This document shows, one piece after another, positions 25,331 through 38,957 of a DNA stretch of 64,000 nt (positions are counted from its first letter, which is position 1; every line of letters begins with the position of its first letter). The notes beneath the pieces were generated by a model. The model searched no databases. It saw nothing but the letters and a program-made list of their open reading frames with translations, and was not told the DNA's origin. Source of the DNA: Eledone cirrhosa (Eukaryota); assembly GCA_964016885.1 (NCBI GenBank), contig OZ024743.1:186930001-186994000 (forward strand). The letters run 5' to 3'. The position numbers were made by a program, and so were the translations under genes.

Positions 25331-26367
25331 AAGTATATGTTTATATGTTCAGTTTTTCAATGAGAATCTTCAAACTTGTGTAGAATGTTGCACACTTATT
25401 AAATGCAGTTTGACTCAAAAGGTACACCTATTTTAGAATAATTGAGTGTAAAACGTATGAGCTTAACATTCACATTGACCAATACTGTTCGTTGCACATT
25501 GATGGAATGCTTACTATGATAAGTAGATATAGATTTTTCAACACTCTGAAAACTTGAAATATCAACAGTAAGTTCAATGATTTTAGCTATCATGATGGTG
25601 AACAAACTAAAATCGAATTCTTCTGATAGATTTTTCCATCAGCTGTGCTTTGGTATTAAATATGACTAAATTAGGCTTTTATATCATACTAGAGTGTGAT
25701 GGTTGTCAAAAGGCAACTATGTTGCTCAGTTTATCAAACTGTTTGATATAATCATAACATTTTTTCAAAACAATTTCCTATCTACTTCACTGATTGCTGC
25801 AAAATATGATATCTTCTTCCTCAGGGGCATATTCACTAAATGTAATGATATTAATATGTTATTGCAAGGAATGAAAGAATCCCTGTTGACAGCAAAGTGT
25901 CCATCACTCCCATAATTTTTAAATTTGCACTATCTATGCCAAACTTTACAGATGTCAACTTCATCAATTTCAAAGATTGAATAATATGAAAGATGAATTG
26001 GTTGATGAAAATGTAATTGCCTACTATCTCAAATCATTGCATGATGGCATGGTACAATTCTTCCAAGATAGTATTGCATTCTACATTCCAGTTTGGCATA
26101 GATGGCCATTTTAAGTCCAAGTAGTCGATTACAAAGATGATGTGCAGAAAAAATTAATAGATTAACAAGGGTGGGCTGAAAAGTGATTTGAATGCCCACT
26201 AGCAGTATGATATAATAAGATAAACTTATTTCAGAAAAAAGGACATGCTAGACTAAAATCTGTGTTAGGTTTAACTTGTCAGATTCTTAACATTGTCTCA
26301 TTGTTTTTACTTACATTCTCTTGTGAGATTGTTTATGAAAAGTTTCATTGAATTCTACAAGATAATA

Positions 26368-26528
26368 ATTGTTTCTACTTTTGGCACAAGGCCAGCAATT
26401 ATTTCAGTGCATAACTGGTACTTTAATTTATCGACCCCGTAAGGATGAAAGGAAAATTTAACCTCGGCAGGATTTGAACTCAGATCATAATGCAAAGCAT
26501 GGCATCTGACCTTCTACTGATACTGCAA
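26368..26528 (-). mobile_element. Young short SINE (partly deleted head)
   Basis: TTGTTTCTACTTTTGGCACAAGGCCAGC and TCGACCCCGTAAGGATGAAAGG. Confidence 0.85.
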
Positions 26529-28335
26529 TGATACCAGAACGTCATAAAGGATGCATGTTAAACATGGCTTGTGGTGTTATCAAAGTATATTGAATTCTTA
26601 TTGCAATCTATGAATACACTAGAAGTCATTTTATCTTGCCTTTTCAATAAAGTAGGAGCTGGTCTCAGCCATATCAGTGCTTTGCTATCTAAGTAGAAGT
26701 AGACTGCATATAACCAATCTAGGTGATTTGAAGTTAAAAATGACTTAAACAAAATGCGCCTGCACTGGTTGCTTTGCATCAGCCATAGAAAACACATTAA
26801 TTATATTTGAAAAGTGATATGTGTGTGCCAAATATTTGATGTTACTACTTTTCATTACTCTCATTAAAGAATCTTGTAACACAAAAATTGTTAATTCTTA
26901 ATGCTTTGTGAGAGTTGACTGTTATGTATCATTTACTATATAGGTGAGAAGTGGAAACATTTTCTCTATGAAAATGGGCAGTGATGCTAAAATGGTTGAG
27001 AACATTTGTACTAAGTGCTGTGAATACTTTGTAAAGAAAAATGTTCTTCCTTTCTTGATATAACATAATTTTGAAACCTCTTTACCACTGTATTTATCAT
27101 CAAAACACAATGAACTATAACTGCACCAATTGAATCTAGATATCTTTATTACTAGTATGGGAGATCCAGATATTAACATTTCTAGTGTGCGAGGTCCATT
27201 TATCTCTATTTCTAGTTTGAGAGATTCTAGTTTTATCAGTGCTAATCTCAGATATACTGAAAAAGTTGTGACTAACCATCCTTTCTAAACAAACAAATAA
27301 AAAAGTGAAACATCAATACCAAATCTAGACAAATCTTATCTAAATCATATCTATTTACATGAATATATATTATAACAGTTATCTTTATCTCTCCATAACT
27401 TCTACTTGCTCAACCTTTCTTTTATTTTACTTTTGATCCTATTTTCTTTGTAGATTTATTTGTTTACACAAACAATGGTAATTTGACATATTTACAAAAT
27501 GAGAAAAAATTAATATGTATGATTATCAAAGATTTGGAGATACAAAATACTATTGGTGATAACTAATATCATGTTGATTTGAGGTAATGAGAGTATCACT
27601 ATGCAGTGACTCAACGTGCTCCCTGTGATGAATTGCCTTTAAATTAGGATTGAGAAATATTGAGTGATGAACAGGGTTGATTTCACTGGCGAGATAGTTG
27701 GTTCATGCAATAGAAATGAAAGGTTTAAGCCATAGCCATTGCAGGTATGTTAAAAAAATGCACATGTGTTTGTTCATGGTTTTTATTAGGCATACAGACA
27801 ATAGTGATCTACTATTTTATAGATATTCTGGTTTTCATTGTATTCATTTATGCATCAAGTATGAAGGCTAACAGAATAAACAGTTTCTGCAGTAGTTTCC
27901 ATGTATTTTGTGATTGTTTTGTTTGGTTGTTATTTTTTGTGTGTACTGTACATTAATTGTTCCTAAGAGCTGCATTTAGAGTAAATATATACAACTAAAG
28001 AAAACTAAGACAATAAAAAAAAAATCGAGATAAATGTATGAATATGGCTTCAGTAAACAGATAATACAGTGTGAAATTTATCTGAATAATATTCTTTCAT
28101 AAATATTTACTATTCGTAGCTTTAGGAGATGAAGTCAGTAAATATTTGCTTGAAGCAGTTTTAAAGTGGAAGAATACAGATATGTTTTATCTGGAGAAAG
28201 CTGAAGTATTGTTATATGTAATGAAATAAACTTTAAACACTGCTCTATGAGTATAAGAAAATATTAAATGAGATTTTAACAGAAGGAAAACTTCAGTGGA
28301 ATTTTGCAGCAGGCAATATATCATTATTATTGGCA

Positions 28336-28520
28336 TTGGCAGTATTGGTAGAGGGTCGGATGCCATGCTTTGACGCATTAAGTTACGGCCCTTGCCATTC
28401 TGAGTTCAAATCCCGCCGAGGTTAACTTTGCCTTTCATCCTTATGGGATCGATAAAATAAAGTACCAGTAATACACTGGGTAATTGCTGGCCTTGTGCCA
28501 AAAGTAGAAACAATTATTAT
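28336..28520 (+). mobile_element. Young short SINE
   Basis: Family sequence with ATTATTATT on both flanks. Confidence 0.9.
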
Positions 28521-29318
28521 TCTACTGCTGGCTACATCAAATATTTTCCAAAAGATTAAATAATATATAAGAATTCTGAAGATCGTTAGATTTCAGTTAT
28601 TTTCTCACAATAATATTAATTTTAGAAAACTTGTCACAAACAAAACCAATTAATAATCTTTGTTAAAATTAGAAGTTATTGAATATTCATTTCTTTATCT
28701 TTGAATGATTGAGAAGAAATGGTAATTTGAGTTTCATTAAAATATTCCATGAAATATAAATTGAAAAAATTGCAACGTTTGTTATTTAACCTTGAATAAA
28801 ATGGGAAAAAAGGTTTTGAATAGAACCCCCGTATTTTAGTTGCTCTTTAAACATGACATTTAAGCATAATATTATTTGTGAACATTATCAAGCTTAGTTG
28901 ACAAGCTTTATATTTTGGTCAAAGAAATAGGCAGGTACTTAACACCAAAAGAACAAACTATATAGAAAATGATTAACTGATTGACTACTAATTATGTTAC
29001 AAAAGAAAGAAGCAAACAGGAAATTAGAAATCTTTGTTTTAATTGGTTCATTTGAATTCTCTTCATGAAGATAAAGAAATCATAGAAACTGCTGTCTGTT
29101 CTGCTATATTTAATTATGAAAAGCATCATTTGAATTTATGAATCTGTAGTTATTTCATATTATATTTTAGTTATGGAAATAATAAAAACAAAATCAAAAT
29201 ATTTTAATCATATATCTTCTTATAAAGTAATTAAAATACATATTTTGAAGTAAAGATTCCCAACTATTATGGGCAGACTAATCACAGGATTAAAAGAAAT
29301 ATCTTCTAAAATATGAAT

Positions 29319-29653
29319 GGATGCATGGATGGATGGTCTGGTAATTCATGGTGGAATCGTAGGGGCACCACAATGGCATACAGCATTTCTTGGGCATTTT
29401 AAAGGTTGGTTAAGCCCATCCCCTCTCCAGGTCTGAACACAGCAGATTTCTTCCAGAGAAGGATAGAAAGTGAGAAAGAGATATAGAGGAAGACTCGAAC
29501 CCAGTACTAGACTGGTATTTTTTCTTTATCAATCTTGAAAGGATGAAAGGCAAAGTTGACCTTGGTAGGATTTGAACTAAGAGAGCAGAGAGCCACAACA
29601 AATCATGCAAGTATTCTACCTCACATTCGAATGACTCTGCCAATTTGCTACCT
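29319..29653 (-). mobile_element. Full-length long-tailed SINE with (ATCC)n tail
   Basis: Same head and central domain as the short SINE but a different 3' body; 12-bp TSD TAAAATATGAAT at 29307-29318 and 29654-29665. Confidence 0.8.
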
Positions 29654-30107
29654 TAAAATATGAATACAATGAAAACAAAATGATATTCTTTAGGAAGTAG
29701 TTAACTGATGAAAGGAAATTAAAATAGAATTGTCAATTTGTTACAAATTCATATGTTGATATAATTAGAGGAGAATATACTCTATATATGAAACAAAAAT
29801 ATCCAAATTTGTTGCTATTTTTGTGAAGTGGCTATTAATGTGAAGTTTCTCTCAGTACCAAAACATGAAAATTATGCAAAACTAATCATATTATGAAAAT
29901 TACTTTGCTTCAATCCTGCAAACACTTTTTCCTCACCTGAGCAATTAAATTATTGCAATTATATAGCAAGGAGTTATTTATATTATAATATATTTTCCTA
30001 AAAAGTACAATGTTGTAGAATATAATGTTTAATGTCCGTATTGGATTAGGTTTGTGTGGATTCTGTAGCATATACTATAAAGGGGCCAATTGTTTTTTAA
30101 TGTGACA

Positions 30108-30133
30108 TCTATATATATAACACTGAGGATGTC

Positions 30134-30179
<46 letters not shown>

Positions 30180-30598
30180 TTTGAATCCCTAAAACTCGAG
30201 AAGTACCCAACCGATGTTTTTCAAACTTAACATGTGTATTACTTATCTCATAGGGATCGCATTAGGTGAACAACAGCGTTTTTTAAGCTTTTTAGCTTTT
30301 TTTTTAGGCGTTACGTCAGACCGATTTCCTTGAAATTGTAACTATGTATTAGTCAGTCTCTTCTTCATACCGTGAGCAAAGAAGATCCGACTTTTTTATG
30401 GCCTAGGGCCCGCATTAGGTGAAAACCTGCATTTTTCCTGCTTCATCAAGGAAAATCTTAAAGATTATCCAGCCATCAGAGTATTGGGTTTATTTTCTTT
30501 ACATATTGTCCAGGCATGCAGTTTTTCCACGAATAGGTCTGTTGGCGGCCTGTGTTCCAAAATACCTTATCCCGTGCAACGCCGGGTACCACTTCTAG
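30108..30598 (+). mobile_element. Non-autonomous Helitron carrying (GTCT)/(GT)n microsatellite
   Basis: A|TCTATATATATAA start, 3' hairpin CCCGTGCAACGCCGGG at 30571-30586, CTAG|T end, no TSD. Confidence 0.85.
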
Positions 30599-31017
30599 TA
30601 AAGGATAAATGCAGTATAGTACATATAAATAGTATAAAACAGAGTAAGGCCCATGAAAATACAGGGCTTGGCCTGTATAGAAAATGCTAATCTTGCTACT
30701 AGGTTAATCCAGCACTGCTTAATGTTGTTATTTAGGTCTAGGTCAGCTATGATGGACAGAGAAAAAAACTATGATTAAAGGTTATACTATTTTTTATTCT
30801 GGAATAGTGTTCTCACAAAAACATATGCAAATGAGTACTTTCATAAGATGGTTGGGTTAATGTTTGATGGTGATTTGATTGCTATTTCTAGCACATTAAG
30901 TGACTGTCTTAAATGTCATTCAAACATTGATCACAATTTCTTAAAATATTTTTAGTAGGTACTCTGTAAGATTATTGCTCAGTACACAAACCTAATTAAC
31001 AGAATAAGGCTAATGAT

Positions 31018-31631
31018 TATTTCTAATTTAGGAACAAAGCCAGCAATTAAATTGACCACAACACTTTACTGATGCTTATTTTATAGGCTTCAGAAAGATG
31101 AAAGGCAAAATTGACTTAAGCAGGACTTGAACTCGGAATGTAAAGTGCCAGAACAAATACTATTTGACACATTTATCATTCTGCAAATCCACTACCCTAA
31201 ATAGGGTTAATAATTGTTTCTACTTTTGGCACAAGGCCAGCAATTAACCAGTACATTACTGGTACTCTATTTTATCGACCCCGTAAGGATGAAAGGCAAA
31301 GTGAACCTCGGCGGGATTTGAACTCAGACCATAAAGGGACGTAACTATGCTGGAAAGCATGGCGTCCGACTCTCTACCGATACTGCCAATCCACCGCTGT
31401 AAATAGGGTTAATAATGGTTTCTGATTTAGGCATAAGCCAACAATTTTGGGAGAGAGAAGTCGATTAAATTGACCCCAGTGCATTACTGGTATTTTATTT
31501 TATTGACTCGATAAGGATGAAAGGCAAAGCTAACTGTTGCAGGATTTGAATTGAGAACATAAAGGACCATAACTATATGGTGCAAAGCATGTTGTCTGAT
31601 GCTCTACTGATACTGCCAATCAACCACCCTT
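31018..31631 (-). mobile_element. Three tandem SINE copies
   Basis: Copies at about 31018-31197, 31215-31399 and 31417-31631, separated and bounded by a repeated 17-bp target. Confidence 0.9.
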
Positions 31632-32304
31632 TGAATAGAGTTAATAATAAAGTAAAGCGAAATAAGTCAAAACTAAGTCTGAATAATTATATTTAATTCT
31701 ACTATCGAAGATGTGTTATGTGCAAAATATATATAACCAATTTAATACCAACTCACCTGCCTACTGTCTGACGCCAGTCTAATGCAGGGTTAACTCATTT
31801 TCAGCTTAATATACTGGAGCAATTTGAATTGAACACAACCCACAACCCAGTCCAGGAAACGAACTCATGACATTATGATCGTAAGTCCAACACCTTTACC
31901 ACTAGGTCACACACCTCTACTATGAGTAGAGATGACAGAATTAAATATTTACACTTATATGTTACATACAAGACACAGTAGCAATATGTAAACATAAATA
32001 TAGCTACTGAACATAAATACTTATTTCTAAAGGAATGAATGGTTGGGGAAATAAAGTCTAGTTCCTTGTCCAATGTAGGATACAAATTCATGATCTGGGA
32101 GTCAATAATTCAGGATCATATTCATTCATATCTAACAATATATATTTCTCCATTAGAGACGACCCTTTTCAAAAGAGATCTAATTGACTGAATCAGCCAT
32201 CATATATTAATAGAATTCATTTTATAGATTCAGGAAGGATTTGAATTTAAAAATCATGAGACAATGAACTAGCTATCATTTTGTATTAACATTATTGAAT
32301 TAAC

Positions 32305-32491
32305 AGGGCGGTGAATTGGCAGTATCAGTAGAGGGTTGGACGCCATGCTTTCTAGCATAGTTACGTCCCTTTACAGTCTGAGTTCAAATCCCGCTGAGGT
32401 TAACTTTGCCTTTCATCCTTACGGGGTCGATAAAATAAAGTACCAGTAATGTACTGGGTAATTTGCTGGCCTTGTGCCTAAAGTAGAAACA
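32305..32491 (+). mobile_element. Young short SINE
   Basis: 14-bp TSD ATTATTGAATTAAC at 32291-32304 and 32492-32505. Confidence 0.92.
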
Positions 32492-32597
32492 ATTATTGAA
32501 TTAACTGTTCTGGGGACTGAGCCAACCTACTAGCTTTGCTAACGAGGCTCTGTGAATGAAAAATGTTGATGAATGATAATTATATACATATATACAT

Positions 32598-32708
32598 ACA
32601 CAAATAGACACTTATATGTTATATATATATATATATATATACACGAATAGACACTTATATGTTATATATATATATACACAAATAGACACTTATATGTTAT
32701 ATATATAT
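32598..32708. repeat. Minisatellite: 3 x AATAGACACTTATATGT(TA)n
   Basis: Unit seen three times with variable (TA)n length. Confidence 0.9.
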
Positions 32709-33282
32709 TACATAGCATGACTACACTTTTGTGTCCACCCCACACTATCTTTGTTTCCTCCTAACTTTCTTAATAACACATCTTTATGAAATTTTGCAAC
32801 AATACATTTTCGAAGGTAGAAATTTTCATACTGTTGATACTATTTTAAATAAATCCTTCTTTTATGGTGATGGGGACAATCCATAATTAGAGAAATTACA
32901 TTACATTCCTGTAAAAAATCTACGATAATAATTCATATTATTCATCATCCACATGAAATAGGAAAGCATGATTGAAACAAGTTTATGTTGAGCCAACTAC
33001 TAATGCAGATAGTAGTCAGAAATGAAACCTAAACAGATGGGATTATACAATAATAGCTGTCTAAAAAAAACATATATATATATCATTAAATTTCATCAGC
33101 ATAATCATAAGCTATGCCTTTTAAAACCTGTCTCTATAAAGTTTCATTAAAATATATACTTTATAAAGAAAGTTATGAAGAAACACAATCTGTGGAGCAA
33201 TAAACCATAGTTATGCATAATTGACTGTCATCAAATTTAGGTATGGAAGGATATAGATAGATTTATGAATACAGAGATGAAT

Positions 33283-33452
33283 ATAACTTTGTCAGATATG
33301 TTTTTTGCAAAATCAAAAACAAAAAAGACCTCAGTTACAGAACGTGTCTTCTTTTCTTTTGAGCACGCAGACTTTTAACTAAAAAAAATCTTAGAAATGG
33401 GACTGTGACGTCATATCTATGTTATATCGACACATTTGACAAGCGTTATATA
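33283..33452. mobile_element. Possible MITE
   Basis: Imperfect inverted ends TATAACTTTGTCAGATATGT / ACACATTTGACAAGCGTTATA. Confidence 0.45.
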
Positions 33453-35479
33453 GCTTATTACTTTCTATTTAACAATCTAAGTTAGGTTTATATTTAACAT
33501 TGTATTAACTTAAAACGATTTATTGCAGTTCTTTCTCATGTATTGTTGTATTTCACACTAGAGAGAATGGAGAATTAATCTTTATTCAATTATATTGTAA
33601 TGCAGCTTAATATTCGTTTGGCAGGCTAGGGGTGTTTTTATAGGTTTATATCGTGTTTATCCCCCATACCATACAACATAATTTCTACTAAGCAACATGA
33701 CATTTTAAAATCATTATTTGGCAATCTTGAGTTATTTTAATTTTACATCAAGTAAAATAAGAAAAAAAAAAGAAAAAAAAGAAACCTTGTTTGGGAGTTA
33801 TGCTTTTCAGCCATTTTGCCTGATAAAATAAAAGAAAGATAATATTTTGGTTCCAAAATAAATAAATGAATAAATAAATAAATAAATAAATAAATAAAGA
33901 GAAATAATCACTAAAATGTATAGATCTAAAAAGGTAATTGTCTTCAACAACCGATTTTATCATTTTTCACACGAATTATCTCTAATTTGATTCAGTGTCT
34001 ATGATGTGAGTGGTAGAAAGCAGGCAGGTGTATAAGGTGTTATGGAAATCAGCCGAAGGGATACTAAGTGTGGTAAGTTGGCATTTACATTGTGCTGTCT
34101 CAAGGCTTTCACTACAGAGCCATACCGAAACATGATCCAAATGATGTTTGGAAATGAACATAGACAATGGGAAGTTCAAAGCAATGGAATGAAATGTTTA
34201 AAAAAATGTGACAATCTTTCATGAGAAACAGAGATCAACTGAATCACTGGCTTCATTGTCAAATACGATAGACTGAACAATAACAATTGTTTTCAGATTT
34301 GAAGGAAAAGAGAAATTGGCTGTTTCTACTTATCAGTGCAGGGAATCTGCTATTTTTTTTTTCATTTTCGATTTCATTTCTCTCTTTGTGTAAACGGAAT
34401 ATTCAGGACTACCATTATCTAATGTGTCCTTTTCCTTTTTTTAGACAGTATGGTTTTAGTTGACACAAATTTAGCAGATATTTTACCCAGTAAAATGATA
34501 ACGTTGAGGCTTGTATTATTTATTATACATAGTGGATTGTTTGAAACACCAGCAGCAAAAGGTTAAACACAAACACATGTAGCAAAACCTCAACATATTT
34601 TTCCCCACGAAGGTTTTGAGTCCTATTACACAGTCTCCTTTTTGACTCAGCAAAATACATTCTGCCTTCCAACTCTGCAACAGCTAGTTTGTTTGGCTAC
34701 ATAGCAATGTACACATACAAACACTCACTAATCAGCTCTGTTGGAGTTGCACTAGCTGAGTTTGCTACACAGGTAAGTAAATATTACTACTATGTATTTT
34801 CACACATAACATATTTTATCTTTATCCATTGTTCCTTGCTGCACATGATTCCAAGTAAATCATGTTATAAATAAAAAAACATTTAAATTAGTGGTGTCTT
34901 GTTCATTTCATAATCCATGTGATATAGGAAAATCATTTTCCTGATGGTAATATCACTTCACACCACCACAAGAAAGTAGTTGTTTTCCTTGAACATGGCC
35001 AAACCTCTCTTGGCTCACTGAGACATACTTTATTTACTCACTTGCCATTACTCAACCAACAAGCTACTCACTTATTCAACTACTTTGACAACTTATCTCA
35101 CAACTCATACTACCATCCAACGAAGCAGTCAAACAAAAATCAACTTTACCCTGCTAAACACACACATATATGCAAAAAGTAAATTGATAAACAACTCACA
35201 GAAACGATACAGCACACTCATGATACATTATATATGTTACAAAAAACAATCATTATTTATGATCTTATGCCAGTCTCCAAACGAAATAATTGCTGTAAAT
35301 AGACAAAAGTAGGATTAAAATTTTAAACCCAAGGATTACCAATATCCAAATAGGTAATATTCTTTCTTCTATTTTTCGAAAATGGTAGTGTGATTAAAAA
35401 GTTTTCTTTGTATAACCCTTGACCTCCTCTCTGAAGTAGCAATGATAGAATCACTAAGTAAATTTGATGCTTATGGATC

Positions 35480-35822
35480 TTCTATTAGTTTCAACGATAA
35501 GTATTCAGTCGTTTGATCAACTGAACATTCATCCCGTGAATTAACGTGCAATTGAATGAATATTCCACAGAGACCTGCACCCTTAAATTAATTTCCAAGT
35601 AGAATTAATGCAGCAGAATGTGTGACAAGGCTGGATCATTGAAGTAGAAATTCAATTCATCTGATGGCCTTCCACACTGTTTCTGTCTCCCTGATTTCCA
35701 TCACGAGGCTCAGTCTGATCTGAAGATATGGTAATGATACAGGAACATGATGCCTCACAGCATGATTAAACCCTGGACATTATTATTTTGAAGCAAACTT
35801 CTTAACTCCTCCACAGTTCCTG
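35480..35822 (-). mobile_element. Old CORE-like tRNA SINE
   Basis: GCAAACTTCTTAAC head and CACTGTTTCTGTCT body; related to 19545-19700 (-) and 8075-8215 (+). Confidence 0.55.
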
Positions 35823-38059
35823 CTTATGTAAGCATCTAAGAGTGTACACAGGTTGGCAAGAAAACTAAAATTGTTTAGAAAATAATTCTATTGAGATAGC
35901 ATCCGCATAAAAATGATAAGTTAGTGTTACCATATTTAATACAGGTAGCATATAAAATAACTGAAAATAAATATGCAGTGAGGGAACAAAATCAATAATT
36001 GACAATTATTTTGAAATTATCTATAAGTAGGTGGAAATGAATTGGGTCAGGTGTCTTATTATAACCATCTCCACTGAACTATAGACGTCACCATATTTAC
36101 CAAAATTGTAATGGAGAGAACCACTAAGTAAATGTTAAACAACATCACTAAATATGAATAGTAAAGTCAGGGTGGGACTTTCACCTTAAACAAAATTTAA
36201 GGCCCTTCTCTAAAACAATTCAAGTAAAATATATTTACATGATTATTATTTATCAATGATTACAAAATGTTTCCTTTAAATTATTAATTGATTTATTCCA
36301 TTTACCATAAAGAAAAAAAATGTTTTTAATGATGCACCGAGGGTGAGTAGCCCTAAGCTATAGCTTATTTAACATATAGGTAAGTACAGCACCAATTATG
36401 GTGCTTTACCAATTCTGTCTTAGAACAGATATGGGGAAAATGTTTTCTCGCAACTAGTACCCAGTATAAATCGAATCACACTACTAAAAGAGTAATTCAG
36501 CAACTATCATATGCAGTACGTTTTTATTAGTTTCAAATTTGGGAAATCACCAAACACCAGTAAATATTGATTGAGAAAATGTGTGAGTGAATGAGAGAAA
36601 GAAATAAACTTGTCTGAATTGACAGTATTGAACCAAATGATGTTACAAAATTTTAGTAAAAGGCTATCTATACATAATCGTAATATTATGCAGATCATAC
36701 AGAAAAGCCTGAGTGTCAAAGCTTGCATGTAGACTTATCTTATAGAATTTAGTCTAGTTCTTTTATGTCCCTAGTTTAAATCCGAGGTCACTTTTAGCTT
36801 TATTCCTATTTGTTGCTTTTTATTTAGGCTTGATCAGTGTAGATCAAACAAATCTAAAAATCTACGTTCAAAAGCATTGTAGTCATATCAGATAAATCTA
36901 ACTTAGCATGCATCGTGTAATAATGTTTACTTTGTCAGTCATGATCAAGCAGACCCCTGATAAAATGTGTTTCAGCTATGATTTCCCTGTATTTTTGTAT
37001 ATCTAATTTGTTCTTTCTAAGATGGTGGGGCATGATTTGAAAGAGATATAGCTATTATGTTTATCAGGCTAGGAGCAGCAAACTATAGGTTCTCTCATTG
37101 GATCCTTCCTTCCTGGATGGTAGACATAATCTATTGCTCTGGTTAACTTCTCACCTTGGTCCTTGTTCAAACTTATAGGTCAGGCATCCAATTAGAAGAT
37201 CACTTCTTCCCATTCCCCTAAACAATTTTGGAAAACCTGGAAAAATAAAGAGTCATGGATGCTCCCCTTCTCACCTTGATTAAACAATAAAAAAAGTGAT
37301 GTCGATTGGATCAACAAACTGTACAAGTCCCCCCTAACACCCAATTATTTACCTCAGGAACAAATTGCTATATATAACAATAAATCTCGTAGAGGTCGAT
37401 TTTTCCTTTCACCTTCTCTCCAGTGATCAATAATTGATGAAAATCTCAGTGAAGTATTGCAATTACCTACACCCAACCCTTCCTTCCAAGTTTGTGGCAT
37501 TATGCCAATCTGAGCAATCAATGAAACAGGAATAAAATAGGGTGGTGGAGTAGCAGTAACAGCTTTATGGAATTTAGTTGTTGTGTATTTCAGCTTTGCT
37601 CATCTCTGTCTCATTTTCAGGCATCATGTATCTAGAACTACAGCGCTATATTATCAAATGTAACAGTTTCTTTAAGAAAAATAAGCTGAGATTTGAGATA
37701 TTTAGCTGCTATTTCTATAGATCAAATGTCTGTCTAGAGCAGAGGTGAGCAAACATTTTTGGAGGCTGGTCAGATTGGAATTATGTTTATATTTGCAGCC
37801 CAATACAAGCTATAGAAACAATTTGCTTTTAGCTATTTTAATGTAGAACAAAATAATTGTTTTCTACCATTGGTATAACCAATTATCAAAAGATGCCATA
37901 GTATCATTTAATTATGTTAATAGAAATATTTCTTTTACTAAGCCACAGAAGAATACATATGAATGAATTAGAACAGTCAAATTAAAACAACACTAGCATT
38001 GTAACTACATTTTATACATTATCATAAGATCAATTAGTCTATACTGACCCCTCTCACCC

Positions 38060-38775
38060 ATATGTCGTTTTTCATGACCTCAACGCTTACCACTTGCCTA
38101 TACTTCTCCCCAAAGGTGAAGACAAATAAGTGTTTGGTATGAATTCAAATGCCCCTTACTGTCACCTTTGTGTTCTGCCAATCCATATAATGAGGTATGA
38201 GTTGTTAAACATGTGTTTTGAGAATTATCTTTGCTTGACAATCTTATTTGGCCTCTGTCTTGAAGAGCAAGTGTATAGCGCCATCTGCCTTACCTTAGTC
38301 AAAAGAAGATTATCCAATTGTTCCCATAATTGCTCCCTGGAAGGTATATTAAAACATGTTCTACTTTGAATGAGGCACAGTTATGTAAGCTTTCTTTTTC
38401 CTCAGCCTCGAAAAAATTCTTCATATAAAAGGACAGAGTTTGCCGATGTGGTTTTGCCATTGCTCCTCCTGGGCATGGTCTGTGTTCATATCTAAAACCT
38501 TCAAATTGGAAGTAATATGGGCAAAAGTGTTCCTTTTGTCATTTGATAAAGCATTTGTGTGTGAGATATTCCTTTCGTTGAGTTCATTGTTATCAAGTGG
38601 AATGTTGAAGTCACCTTCATTGCTTAAAAGTCTTATTCTTCATTTTAAAGGTTTGAATGTCTTTTAAATTACTCATGATCACATTTTTTTCCCGAATATT
38701 TCCAGAGATAATTCGATATTACTTTTCGGTGACATAACCCAACATCATTGCCGTGACGGAAATCAAACCATCTTG
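38060..38775 (-). mobile_element. Decayed LINE AP-endonuclease remnant
   Basis: Minus-strand EGDFNIPLD near 38590-38620; plus-strand NPNIIAVTEIKP at 38737-38772. Confidence 0.45.
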
Positions 38776-38957
38776 AAATATCAACTGTCTAAATAACTAA
38801 CTGTCTTAAAAACATTTATGAATACTTTCGTTCAACAAAGGTATGCATCTAAAATAGAAACCTTTCCACATTTAAAACCAGTTGATAATCCTAATTTCAA
38901 AAGAGCCAAATTATACAAATTTAACAATAAAAGAACAAAGATAATAAAGAAAATTCT

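Noticed and set aside
31001-31648. Regularly spaced direct repeats resembling a CRISPR array
   Set aside because: The spacers are homologous SINEs and the repeats are target-site duplications; eukaryotic context with no cas genes.
34684-34778. Possible plus-strand exon ending CAG|GTAAGT
   Set aside because: Weak acceptor, no recognisable protein similarity and no partner exons; cannot be supported without RNA data.
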